32,000 nucleotides of DNA from Rhodobacter capsulatus SB 1003 (GTDB lineage Bacteria > Pseudomonadota > Alphaproteobacteria > Rhodobacterales > Rhodobacteraceae). The number at the start of each line of letters is the position of its first letter. The first letter of the stretch is position 1. The notes beneath the pieces were generated by a model that was not told the origin of the DNA, did no database searches, and saw only the letters and a list, made by a program, of their open reading frames with translations. The DNA lies in the NCBI RefSeq assembly GCF_000021865.1, contig NC_014035.1, forward strand, positions 1 through 32,000, read 5' to 3'. This document shows positions 16,386-25,026 of the stretch, piece by piece. The translations under genes and the position numbers were made by a program.

Positions 16386-17232
16386 CGGTCGGGCAGTGCT
16401 GGCCGAACTGGTCGCGCGCGGCATTCCCGTTCACGCGACCGCCCGTTCCCCCGGCTCCGCGCAACCCGGCGTGATCTGGCACACGGCCGATCTGCGCGAG
16501 GGCGCCGAGCGCGCCCGCCTGCTGGCGGGGTCCCCGGCCAAGCAGCTTCTGCATTGCGCCTGGGAGATCGAGCACGGCGCGTTCTGGACCGCGCCCGCGA
16601 ATGATCTGTGGCGCAGGGTGTCCTGCGATCTGGCGCGCGAGTTTCTTGCGGCGGGCGGAGAGCGGGTGCTCGCGCTGGGAACCTGTGCCGAATACGATCC
16701 GCTCGCGCCCAGTGCGCTGGCCGCGGTCCGTCTTGTCGCGCCGATCACGCCTTATGGTCAGGCAAAAGCATCCTTGCATGAGGAGCTTGGCCGGATCTGC
16801 GGGCCGAGGCTGATCTGGGCGCGGCTCTTTCACCTTTACGGTCCCGGCGAAGACCGCCGCCGCTTGGTCCCTTCGCTCATCGACGCGGCTCGCGAAGGCC
16901 GCCCGGCCGAGGTGCGCGCCGCGGGTCTGATCCGCGATTTCGCCTCCAGCGCGCATGTCGCCCGCGCCCTTGTCGGGCTGATGGACAGCGGCGCAACCGG
17001 GGCATTCGACATAGGATCGGGGCAGTCCCGCAGCCTGGGCGCGCTGGCACGGATCATCGCCGAGGCGGCGGGCAGGCCCGACCTCTTGAGGTTGTCGCAT
17101 ACGCCCGGCCCGCAGGATCCGGCGGAACTCACCCCGCACTTTGCCGCTCTGGCCGCCGTGAGCGGTTTGAAACCGGAGCACCCGTTGCAAGCCCTGACCG
17201 AACATGTCCGCCGCGAAATCGGCGCGGCTTGA
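16294..17232 (+). CDS. NAD-dependent epimerase/dehydratase family protein (start uncertain, possibly defective)
   Basis: Rossmann-like GLCGAGGRAVLAELVARGIPVHATARS, catalytic-region PYGQAKAS, and a C-terminal substrate domain. The only upstream in-frame start is TTG 16294, inside the rfbG fragment in another frame. Confidence 0.6.
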   Translation: MGRTDADPAGCRGDGAGARPGARAFGLCGAGGRAVLAELVARGIPVHATARSPGSAQPGVIWHTADLREGAERARLLAGSPAKQLLHCAWEIEHGAFWTAPANDLWRRVSCDLAREFLAAGGERVLALGTCAEYDPLAPSALAAVRLVAPITPYGQAKASLHEELGRICGPRLIWARLFHLYGPGEDRRRLVPSLIDAAREGRPAEVRAAGLIRDFASSAHVARALVGLMDSGATGAFDIGSGQSRSLGALARIIAEAAGRPDLLRLSHTPGPQDPAELTPHFAALAAVSGLKPEHPLQALTEHVRREIGAA

Positions 17233-17547
17233 TCAAGGGCAGCTTAGACACCTTCGAACGGCGGCTTTCACGGTTTGGTGCGCCGCCGACTCGGCACCAT
17301 TACAGGCGTCAGCCCACCGTCATACCTGCGCGAAGCCTTCCGCCGCGCCCCGCACGAGCGGCTGCTCGGCCCCGTTGCCGCGGTTCGCTCGAAGGGCCGG
17401 TTCGAAGCATGGCGGTCAATGATGCGACCGTCGGCTGAGGGCCGGGACGCGCGATACTGTATCGTGTCGCAGCTCTACTGGGGGACGGCGCTGCCCGACG
17501 CCTGCCAGAGCCGCGACGCGATCACCCGGCGGGGACGATGACCAAGC

Positions 17548-18006
17548 TCAAGTGGCGATTTCGGCCCCCTGTCGGGCGAGTTTCGCGACATCGCGGCTCA
17601 GCGCAAGATCCCCTGCCTCCAGCGCATGGAGCGGGAACCAGCGGGCTTCCAGAGCATCATCCCCGGCCACCGGCTCGCCGGAAACCCAGGAACAGAGGAC
17701 GGCCACCAGGACATGATGATGGCGCAGGGCTCCGGCCTCGTCCCGGTCGAAAGCATCGAGCGCGGTGAAGACCCGCTCGGCCCGCGCTTCGATGCCGGTT
17801 TCTTCGAAAAGCTCGCGAAGCGCTGCCTTTTCAAGGGGTTCCCCAAGCTCCACCTTGCCGCCGGGAAAGCCCCATGTGCCGGCATCCGGCGGATTTGCGC
17901 GGCGCACGAGCAGCACATGGCCGTCCCTGAAAACCGTTGCGATCGTCGCGACGATCGGGCGGGCCGCCGCTTGCGCCGACGAAAGGCTGGTCTTGTCCGC
18001 TGACAT
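17548..18006 (-). CDS. NUDIX hydrolase
   Basis: Start taken at MSADKTSL (ATG 18004-18006). Nudix box GFPGGKVELGEPLEKAALRELFEETGI. Confidence 0.85.
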   Translation of the reverse strand: MSADKTSLSSAQAAARPIVATIATVFRDGHVLLVRRANPPDAGTWGFPGGKVELGEPLEKAALRELFEETGIEARAERVFTALDAFDRDEAGALRHHHVLVAVLCSWVSGEPVAGDDALEARWFPLHALEAGDLALSRDVAKLARQGAEIAT

Positions 18007-18109
18007 GCAAACCCTCTGGCAAAGACTGGTCCGAACCTGCCCCGACGGAAAAGGGCCGCTGGCATAGAGGCGCAAGCGGTCAGGAATGACAAGGGGGGCA
18101 CCGCGGCGG

Positions 18110-19000
18110 TCATGCCCCCGCGCGCTGCCGCGCCAGGGCGAGGAAGGCCGTGAACCCGGCCGAAGCATTGCGCCGCCCGGGGTAATAAAGGCTGAAGCCG
18201 GGGCGGTTCGGCGTCCAATCCGCCAGCAGCCGCACCATCCGCCCGGCGGCGATGTCCTCGGCCACATCCGCTTCGATGAAATAGCCGATGCCTGCGCCGT
18301 CGAGCACCGCGGCGCGGGCGATGGCGGGGTCATCCACCGTCAGCCGACCCCGGGCCTCGAAGGGCAGCGCCCGGCCGTCCTTTTCGAACGGCCAGCGCAG
18401 CAGCGCACCATTGGGCAGACGCACGCGCAGGCAATGGTCGGGGTCCAGATCGGCGGGCGAGAGCGGGGAGGGATGCCGCGCCAGCCAGCCGGGCGCCGCC
18501 ACCACGGCATGGCGCGCGGGGGCGCCCAGCGGCAGCGCGATCATGTCGCGCGGCACCAGATCGGCGGGGCGGATGCCCAGATCGAAGCCCTCGGCGACGA
18601 TATCGACCAGCCGCCCCTCGGTCACCAGATCGACCTGCATCTGCGGGTGGCTGTTCAGGAACTCCAGCACCAGGGGCGCCACGGCCCGCCCGCCCTGCGC
18701 CGAAGCATTGATCCGCAGCCGCCCCGAGGGGGTGTCGCGCTGCGCCCGGACCCTCTCCATCGCGGCGCGGATCTCGGCCAGCGCGGGGGCAGTGCGGGCG
18801 GCGAAATCGCGCCCGGCCTCGGTCAGCGACACGCTGCGGGTGGTGCGGTTGAACAGCCGCACGCCCAGATTTGCCTCCAGCCGCGCGATGGTCTGCGACA
18901 GCGCCGTGGTGGACAGCCCCAGATCCAGCGCCGCCGCGCGGAACGACCCACGCCGCGCGATCGCCTGCACCGCCTCCAGCGCCTTGAGCCCGGCCTCCAT
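18110..19000 (-). CDS. LysR family transcriptional regulator
   Basis: Start taken at [42 protein letters not shown] (ATG 18998-19000), with a LysR substrate-binding domain. Divergent from the SnoaL/SDR pair. Confidence 0.9.
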   Translation of the reverse strand: MEAGLKALEAVQAIARRGSFRAAALDLGLSTTALSQTIARLEANLGVRLFNRTTRSVSLTEAGRDFAARTAPALAEIRAAMERVRAQRDTPSGRLRINASAQGGRAVAPLVLEFLNSHPQMQVDLVTEGRLVDIVAEGFDLGIRPADLVPRDMIALPLGAPARHAVVAAPGWLARHPSPLSPADLDPDHCLRVRLPNGALLRWPFEKDGRALPFEARGRLTVDDPAIARAAVLDGAGIGYFIEADVAEDIAAGRMVRLLADWTPNRPGFSLYYPGRRNASAGFTAFLALARQRAGA

Positions 19001-19098
19001 GATTGTCCCGATTCTGTCATCAGCAGATGCTGGATTATCCCGATTATCGGGCGGCGCGTCGAGGCTTATGCTGCGGTCAGACAGCACAGGAGCCCCCG

Positions 19099-19425
19099 AT
19101 GATCCCCCTTCCCGCCCCGATCCGGACCTATTTCACCGCGCAGGCACCGCAGGAGGCCGCGGCCTTTGCGGCGGCCTTTGCCCCCGAGGCCACCGTCGAG
19201 GACGAGGGCGCCCGCCATCACGGCCCCGAGGCGATCCGGCAGTGGTGGCTGGCCACCAAGGCGAAATACCGCCACAGCGCCGAACCGCTGGAGATCACCG
19301 AGGAGGGCGACAAGACCGTGGTCCGCGCCCGTGTCAGCGGCGATTTTCCGGGCAACCCGGTGGTCTTGCGCTTCCGCTTCGGCCTGACGGGGGAGCGCAT
19401 CCGCGATCTGAGGATCGGCGGATGA
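19099..19425 (+). CDS. SnoaL/NTF2-like small protein
   Basis: ATG 19099 follows AGGAG. 108 aa ([37 protein letters not shown]...). The stop overlaps the SDR start (ATGA). Confidence 0.7.
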   Translation: MIPLPAPIRTYFTAQAPQEAAAFAAAFAPEATVEDEGARHHGPEAIRQWWLATKAKYRHSAEPLEITEEGDKTVVRARVSGDFPGNPVVLRFRFGLTGERIRDLRIGG

Positions 19426-20201
19426 CCGGCTTTCTTAACCTGCGGGGCAAACGCGCCCTGATCACCGGCGGCACCCAGGGCGCAGGCGCGGCCACCGTGG
19501 CGCTGTTTCGCGATCTTGGCGCGCAGGTGCTGACCACTGCCCGCAACCGACCCGAGACCCTGCCGGAGGCGATGTTCGTCGCCGCCGACCTGAGCACGGT
19601 TCAGGGCTGCGAGAGGGTCGCCAGGGCGGTGCAGGACCGCATGGGCGGGGTGGATGTTCTGGTCCACATGCTGGGCGGGTCCACCGCGCCGGGCGGCGGC
19701 TTTGCCGCCCTGGGCGAGGCCGAATGGCAGGCCGAGCTGAACCTGAACCTGATGCCCGCGGTGCGGCTTGACCGCGCGCTTCTGCCCGGCATGGTGGCGC
19801 AGCGGGCGGGGGTGGTGGTGCATGTCACCTCGATCCAGCGGCTGATGCCGCTGCCCGCCGCCACCACCGCCTATGCCGCCGCCAAGGCCGCGCTGTCGGT
19901 CTACAGCAAGAGCCTGTCGAAGGAGGTGGCGCCCGCGGGGCTGCGCGTGCTGCGCGTGGCGCCGGGCTGGATTGCCACCGCGGCGTCGATCCGGCTGGCC
20001 GGGCGGCTGGCGGAGGCCGCGGGCACCGACCTTGAGGGCGGCAAGCGGATGATCATGGACAGCCTCGGCGGCATCCCGCTGGGCCGCCCCTCGACCCCGG
20101 AGGAGATTGCAAGCCTGATCGCCTTCCTCGCCTCGGACCGCGCCAGCAGCATCACCGGGACGGAACATGTGATCGACGGGGGCACGGTGCCGACGGCCTG
20201 A
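19422..20201 (+). CDS. Short-chain dehydrogenase/reductase (SDR)
   Basis: [14 protein letters not shown] cofactor motif and YAAAKAAL catalytic motif. 259 aa. Confidence 0.9.
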   Translation: MTGFLNLRGKRALITGGTQGAGAATVALFRDLGAQVLTTARNRPETLPEAMFVAADLSTVQGCERVARAVQDRMGGVDVLVHMLGGSTAPGGGFAALGEAEWQAELNLNLMPAVRLDRALLPGMVAQRAGVVVHVTSIQRLMPLPAATTAYAAAKAALSVYSKSLSKEVAPAGLRVLRVAPGWIATAASIRLAGRLAEAAGTDLEGGKRMIMDSLGGIPLGRPSTPEEIASLIAFLASDRASSITGTEHVIDGGTVPTA

Positions 20202-20287
20202 GAGCTGGCGGCCCCGTGCGACGCTTCGTGTCGAAGACGCCACGGGCAAAGGCCGCATCACGCCTGACAAACCGAAAGGGGGCGACG

Positions 20288-20632
20288 TTACGCCGCCAGA
20301 TCATCCAAGCTCACGCCAAGCGCGTCGGCCAGAGCGCGCAATGTTGCGATCGAGCCCTGCTTTCGGCCGGTCTCGATCTCGGCCACGGTGACCCGATTCA
20401 CGCCCGATTTTTCCGCCAGCGCAGCTTGCGTCAGACCGCGCAGATCGCGGTAGACGCGCAAGGCGCTTTCGCCATTCAGAAGGCGGTTCGCATAGTCCGC
20501 CGGGATCAACTCGTCCTCTCCCGCCGCAAGCCGCGCCTTGGCGCGGTCATAGCTTTGCAGGTCGGCCAGATCCTCCGCGGCAGCAAGCAGGCGGTCATAT
20601 TCTTCGCGCGGGATCGTCACCATCTCGGTCAT
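20288..20632 (-). CDS. XRE-family HTH antitoxin
   Basis: 114 aa with the HTH LRGLTQAALAEKSGVNRVTVAEIETG. The ATG overlaps the stop of the upstream RelE/ParE gene (ATGA). Confidence 0.85.
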   Translation of the reverse strand: MTEMVTIPREEYDRLLAAAEDLADLQSYDRAKARLAAGEDELIPADYANRLLNGESALRVYRDLRGLTQAALAEKSGVNRVTVAEIETGRKQGSIATLRALADALGVSLDDLAA

Positions 20633-20895
20633 CTCAAGCCCTTTCCGTCGCAGACGCCGCCGCGCGGCCCGATATCGAGAAGGACCAGAACATTGCCCTG
20701 ATCATCCATGATCACCCGCGGGTCCCCCACCCTGAGCCGAATACCCTCCCGGCCTTTCAAGGGCTTCACGTTATTGGCCTGCGCGCTTGGGTCTTGCGCG
20801 TAAGCTTCGATCTTGGCGCGGATCAGCGCAGCGGTCGTCGAGGGCATCCGCCGCAAGGCCTTGATCGCGGCTTTCGTGGTGCTGATCTGCTTCAT
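20629..20895 (-). CDS. RelE/ParE-family type II toxin
   Basis: Start taken at MKQISTTKAAIKALRRMPSTTAALIRAKIEAYAQDP. Core is IRLRVGDPRVIMDDQGNVLVLLDIGPRGG. 88 aa. Confidence 0.8.
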   Translation of the reverse strand: MKQISTTKAAIKALRRMPSTTAALIRAKIEAYAQDPSAQANNVKPLKGREGIRLRVGDPRVIMDDQGNVLVLLDIGPRGGVCDGKGLR

Positions 20896-20985
20896 GATGT
20901 AGCTTTGGGCGACATTTCGGCCAAAGTCAAGCATAATGTCGCCCTGCGCGACATGCCTGGCCGACAGGCGCCGGCCAGGCAAAGG

Positions 20986-21620
20986 TCATAGATCAATCCC
21001 TTCCGACAGCGTCAGCGCATCCTCCAGATCGACCCCCAGATATCGAACTGTGCTGTCCATCTTGGGTCGTGGCCCAGAAGCAGCTGCACGGCGCGAAGAT
21101 TTCCGGTCTTCTTGGTGATCTGCGCAACTTTCGTGCGCCGCATCGAATGCGTGCCATAGGCACTGGGCTCGAGCCCGATCGAAAGAACCCAGTCGCGCAG
21201 GGTCCGGGCATATTGGCGCGTCGAGAGGTGCGGGCTGGCGTGAACGCGGCTGGGCCAGAGATAGTCGTTGCCGATCATCTCGGGATCCTTGATCCACCGT
21301 TCAAGAGCCAGGCGCGTGATCTCGGTGATCTCGAAGCGGACGGGTTTTCGGGTTTTGCTCTGGGTCACCGAGGCACGTTCCTTGACGTGACCGGCGGCAT
21401 AGATGTCATTCACCCTGAGGCCGACCAGATCGCAGCCCCTGAGTTTGCTATCGACGGTCCTGTTGAACAGGGCGAGGTCGCGCCGATTGTCGGCCATTTC
21501 CAATCGCAAGCAGATGGACCAGACGTGTTTTGGCTGCAGCGGAAGCTTTTGGCCGACGATGCGGCCCTTGTTCCACGGCGCGTGGGTCGGGCGAAGAGCG
21601 GGCAAGGTTTCAATGGCCAT
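20986..21620 (-). pseudogene. Small tyrosine recombinase/integrase, frameshifted near the C-terminus
   Basis: MAIETLPALRPTHAPWNKG ... YGTHSMRRTKVAQITKKTGNLRAVQLLLGH is in one frame. The expected continuation KMDSTVRYLGVDLEDALTLSEGIDL, carrying the catalytic Tyr, is in another. The shift is at about 21062-21072. Confidence 0.8.
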
Positions 21621-21951
21621 GACGGTACTCCCCTCCACCACGCCCGCCACATCCTCGGCTCCGCCGATCCGGAAGTGTAGCACCGATCCATCCGTCGTTT
21701 CGATCGATCGAGTGGGCGGGGAGCGGCTTGTGAGGGCGCGGCATCGTCCCGCGGCAATCGGCGATAGCGGCCGTTCGCGAGGTGGCTCGGGGAACGGCGC
21801 ACTGCGCAGAGAACAGGCATGGCGCGCGGGACGGCACGCTTGGCGCGGCTGACGTGGGGCGCCTCAAAGCTGCCTTTCAACTGCGATCCGGCATTGGCCC
21901 GCACCTCAGTTCCGAACCTCGGCGAGGGTCTTTTCCACGGCCTTCCCGAGA

Positions 21952-22155
21952 ATGCGTATCAGCGTCTTGCAGCCTCCCGAGTCTGCGGCTGAGGGTGTTC
22001 GAGCCGGTTTTTCCACGCGACGGGCATCGGGCGGCACCGGCATGGGCCTTGCGGTCGTGCGCAACCTGCTGTCCGCCCATCGCGGCGGGATCAGCCTTGC
22101 GACCTCCCGCCCGACCCGCTTTCGCATCACCTTTGACGCCGATCCGCGCATCTGA
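21952..22155 (+). pseudogene. Sensor histidine kinase HATPase_c tail fragment
   Basis: RISV..PPES.AEG...FSTRRASGGTGMGLAVVRNLLSAHRGGISLATSRPTRFRITF retains the G2 box but lacks the G1 box. The VFEPVF stretch reads in a different frame. Confidence 0.6.
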
Positions 22156-22236
22156 CCCCACACTGCGCAGGGCCGGGCTTTTGCTCCGCCCCGCCCCGTG
22201 CCAGACTGGCGCCTCAGACACTCAGCCGAGGCCAAG

Positions 22237-22740
22237 ATGTTCATCGCCCACCTGCCTGCCGGCTATCTTCTGTCGCGCCAGATCGCCAAGTCCCATCCTG
22301 CCAAAGGCGCCTTGATCGCGACCGGGCTTCTGGCCTCGGTCCTGCCTGATACCGATCTCTTCTGGTTCTATCTGGTATCGGACCGCCAGAGCGTGCATCA
22401 CGGCTATATGTTCCACTGGCCGCTGTTTTGGGGGCTTATCGCAGCCCTTTCCTGGGGGCTTTCCCGCGCGCTGGGAGCACACGGCGCCGGTTCCTTCATC
22501 CTTGTGGCGCTGGCCAACCTGTTGCTGCATCTGGCGCTGGATTCCGTCGCGGCCGGGGTGGGCTGGTTGCGCCCCCTTTCGACCATCGAGGTCAACCTGG
22601 TCGAAGTGCCCGCACGTCACAACTGGTGGGTCTGGAACTTCGTGCTGCACTGGACCTTCGGCCTTGAACTTGCGATCATCTTGGCGGCGGGGCTGACGCT
22701 GCGTCGGGATCTCCTCCGCAGGCGCCCCGCAACCCCATGA
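22237..22740 (+). CDS. Membrane-bound metal-dependent hydrolase-like protein (YdjM/DUF457-like)
   Basis: Start taken at MFIAHLPAGYLL. 167 aa, multi-TM, with His-rich motifs (PDTDLFWFYL..HHGYMFHWP). Family assignment is from memory. Confidence 0.6.
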   Translation: MFIAHLPAGYLLSRQIAKSHPAKGALIATGLLASVLPDTDLFWFYLVSDRQSVHHGYMFHWPLFWGLIAALSWGLSRALGAHGAGSFILVALANLLLHLALDSVAAGVGWLRPLSTIEVNLVEVPARHNWWVWNFVLHWTFGLELAIILAAGLTLRRDLLRRRPATP

Positions 22741-22874
22741 TCGCGTTCTGACCTGACGCAGCCCGACCCCGGCCGAGGGAAGGATGACCTCGCGAGGCGG
22801 CCGATCTCGGAAACGGTTCAGACGACAGACCGATGCTGCTGTCGCCGAGGCAACCCGTTCCGGCAAGCGGCGAC

Positions 22875-23123
22875 ATGGAGAAACTGGCCCACGCGCTCGA
22901 CCGGTTGGGGGTCGCCTATTCCTGGCACAAGGTCGTGCCCTTCGTTGGCGATCTGATCCCCGAGCCTGAGGTGCGCAACCCGGGCTACGCGCCCGCCTAT
23001 GTCATGGATATCTGCAGCACCGAGACCGGCTTGAAACTTCTGGAAACGAATTGCATCAATGCCGCCGGGTTCTATGCGGCCGATGTGATGAAGCTGGCGG
23101 CGGCGATCGACGCGCTTGGCTGA
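22875..23123 (+). pseudogene. R2K-clade ATP-grasp (DUF4343-like) remnant with a large in-frame internal deletion
   Basis: An N-terminal piece (MEKLAHALDRLGVAYSWHKVVPFVGDLIPEPEV) is joined directly to the C-terminal piece (YAPAYVMDICSTETGLKLLETNCINAAGFYAADVMKLAAAIDAL). The ATP-grasp core between them is missing. Confidence 0.6.
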
Positions 23124-23142
23124 GCGGTCCGGGAGGGGCGAG

Positions 23143-23601
23143 ATGGGTTTTGTCTTGCGGCATCTGCTGTTGTTCTTCCTGCCGATCGTGCTGGCGGTTG
23201 GGCTTGATGTTGCCACCGCACCGTTGCGGCGGCAGCTTTATCAGCAATCGGGCGTGTTTCTGCGCGATCTGTTCTCCAACGACCCGGAGCGTGTTCGGAC
23301 AACGCTTGAGAGCCTAGGCCAGGGCGGCATCAGCCTGTCGGAGAGTCTTGACTGGGGCCTGCGCGCTGCTGTCGTGATCGGGTTTCTTGCCTTTTCACTG
23401 CTGATCCCGAAATCGGCCTCGTCACAAAGCGCCGTCAATTTTCTGACCACGCTTTGCGTCGGCTTCGGCTTTGCGAAACTCAATGGCGGCTTTGCCGGGC
23501 TGGACTGGGTTGAGCTGGGCCTTTGTCTGATCATCGGGCTGTGTCTCGCCGTTGTGGCGCTGACCCGAAGGCTGACATCTCTGGCCAGACCCGCCCGCTG
23601 A
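23143..23601 (+). CDS. Hypothetical membrane protein
   Basis: ATG 23143 follows GGGAGG. 152 aa with about 4 TM helices, lower GC by eye, no recognisable family. Confidence 0.6.
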   Translation: MGFVLRHLLLFFLPIVLAVGLDVATAPLRRQLYQQSGVFLRDLFSNDPERVRTTLESLGQGGISLSESLDWGLRAAVVIGFLAFSLLIPKSASSQSAVNFLTTLCVGFGFAKLNGGFAGLDWVELGLCLIIGLCLAVVALTRRLTSLARPAR

Positions 23602-23612
23602 GCGCGTGGATC

Positions 23613-24362
23613 TTACAACTGGATGTGGATGTGATCGTCGTGCCGGGCGGCGGCGCAGCCCTGAAAGCGGATCTTGGACGCGCCCGCCCCGAATTTCGCC
23701 GCCAGATGCGGTTCCAGGAAGATCTTTCCGATCCGGGGATCGCGCGACAAAAGCCGCAATGCAAGGCGCATCCGCTCGGGCTCGGGGGCGTAATCGGGCC
23801 AGAGCGGTTGCAGCCAGTCAAGATCCCAGCGCAGGGTCGGAAAGCGCGGCGGGCAGGTTCTGGGCCCCGGCTCGAACGCGAAATAGCCCAAGGGTGACCG
23901 GGTCTGCCCGGGCAGGTAGCGGCCGTGATCGGCGTAATAAAACGCCAGGTCGAGTTTGCGGCCATCCTTGTGCGACAGATGCGGCAGAAGCGGAAAGCCG
24001 TTCAAAAACGGGAAGTTGCCATCAAGGGCAAGGGTCACGGTGCCGGGATGGGTCCGGGCCATTTCGGTCGCCATGTCCGTGGCGGCGGCCTTGAGCTCGG
24101 GGGCGACGTAATTGCGGTTCGCAAGGCAAAAGACCCAGGAGCGCATCCCCAGCGGCCCCTCGCCATGGCAGGTGATCGGCACCCGCCTGAAGTGCGGTGC
24201 GATCATCAGCGCCCCCAGCCAAAGCGCGGCGTACAGCAGCGCAAAGGCAAGAAGCTTGCGCCGAAACAGACGGCTGATCAGCCACGCCAGCCCGCCCAAC
24301 TGCGTCAGCACCGTCAGCACGGCAGCCAGCGCCAGATGCCGGGCGGCGCGTCCGATCCTCAT
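23613..24362 (-). CDS. Membrane-anchored LAS-type zinc peptidase-like protein (MepA/M74-like motifs)
   Basis: Start taken at MRIGRAARH. Two N-terminal TM helices, then the HLSHKDGRKLDL motif and a terminal RHDDHIHIQL, resembling the H-x-SH..G..D and H.DH.H zinc motifs of murein endopeptidase MepA. The ATG overlaps the ligase stop (ATGA). Confidence 0.65.
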   Translation of the reverse strand: MRIGRAARHLALAAVLTVLTQLGGLAWLISRLFRRKLLAFALLYAALWLGALMIAPHFRRVPITCHGEGPLGMRSWVFCLANRNYVAPELKAAATDMATEMARTHPGTVTLALDGNFPFLNGFPLLPHLSHKDGRKLDLAFYYADHGRYLPGQTRSPLGYFAFEPGPRTCPPRFPTLRWDLDWLQPLWPDYAPEPERMRLALRLLSRDPRIGKIFLEPHLAAKFGAGASKIRFQGCAAARHDDHIHIQL

Positions 24363-24985
24363 GCGTCCCTCAGCCCGTTCGGCACCAGCGCCGCCTGCAT
24401 CCAATGCGTTTCGCTTTGCACATGGCCCGCGCGGACATATTTGCCCATCCGGCGCGGCATCTCGGCCTCCGAAAAGGCCGTTGCCACCCGCGCGACAAAG
24501 CCCTCCTGCCGCACCGGATCAAGCCCCGCCGCGATGGTTTCAAAAAGCCCCGGACGCCAAGGTCCGCGCCAGAGCACCGGCACCGGGGTGATGCCCAGCT
24601 CCTCGAACCGCATCAGGGTCAGATCCCAGGGTTGCACCTCGTCGCCCCGGATCCAGGCAAAGCCCAGAAACCACGCGGGCAGCGTGTCGTAGCCCACCGA
24701 ATGGCGGGCATAAAGGTTCTCGCCGACGATCCGCTCGCCCTCGGCCAGCTGCGGCGCGATACCCGCGGCAAAGGCCTTGAGCCAATCGCGCGAGGGGTGG
24801 TTGCGGCTGTCGGGGCTGCGCGCATGGCACCCGCCGCGGTGCAGCGTGGTGTTCTCGCCGTCCATCTTTTCGGTGATCACCAGATCGTCGCAGATCAGCC
24901 CCTCGAGCGAGTTCATGATCTTGTCGTCGCTGCTGGCGCCGGGCGAGATCGGCAAATGAAAGGTGCGGGGATATTTCTTCGTCAT
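24359..24985 (-). CDS. RNA ligase family protein (nucleotidyltransferase KxDG motif)
   Basis: Start taken at MTKKYPRTFHLPISPGASSDDK. Motif I is ITEKMDGEN, with further motifs GENLYARHS and EGFVARV. 208 aa. The remainder of the 497-aa track ORF is an artefact. Confidence 0.8.
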   Translation of the reverse strand: MTKKYPRTFHLPISPGASSDDKIMNSLEGLICDDLVITEKMDGENTTLHRGGCHARSPDSRNHPSRDWLKAFAAGIAPQLAEGERIVGENLYARHSVGYDTLPAWFLGFAWIRGDEVQPWDLTLMRFEELGITPVPVLWRGPWRPGLFETIAAGLDPVRQEGFVARVATAFSEAEMPRRMGKYVRAGHVQSETHWMQAALVPNGLRDA

Positions 24986-25026
24986 GCGGCCAGAGTATCC
25001 GGATGCCACGAGGGCGGAAAGAGGCC

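Noticed and set aside
17233-17547. An apparently non-coding ~315-nt stretch in which one frame reads LVRRRLGTITGVSPPSYLREAFRRA, reminiscent of the C-terminal helix of AraC-type regulators.
   Set aside because: Only about 25 residues resemble the family, and there is no start codon or upstream HTH. It may be another gene remnant, but the evidence is too thin to annotate.
20202-20287. Imperfect hairpin (ccccgtgcgacgcttcg / cgaagacgccacggg) after the SDR gene, considered as a terminator or att site.
   Set aside because: The stem has a large internal mismatch block and no U-run, and no matching repeat was found at the other end of the putative island.
22156-22236. Searched upstream of the YdjM-like gene for an alphaproteobacterial SOS box (GTTC-N7-GTTC), because E. 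coli ydjM is LexA-regulated.
   Set aside because: No such motif is present in the 80-nt upstream region.
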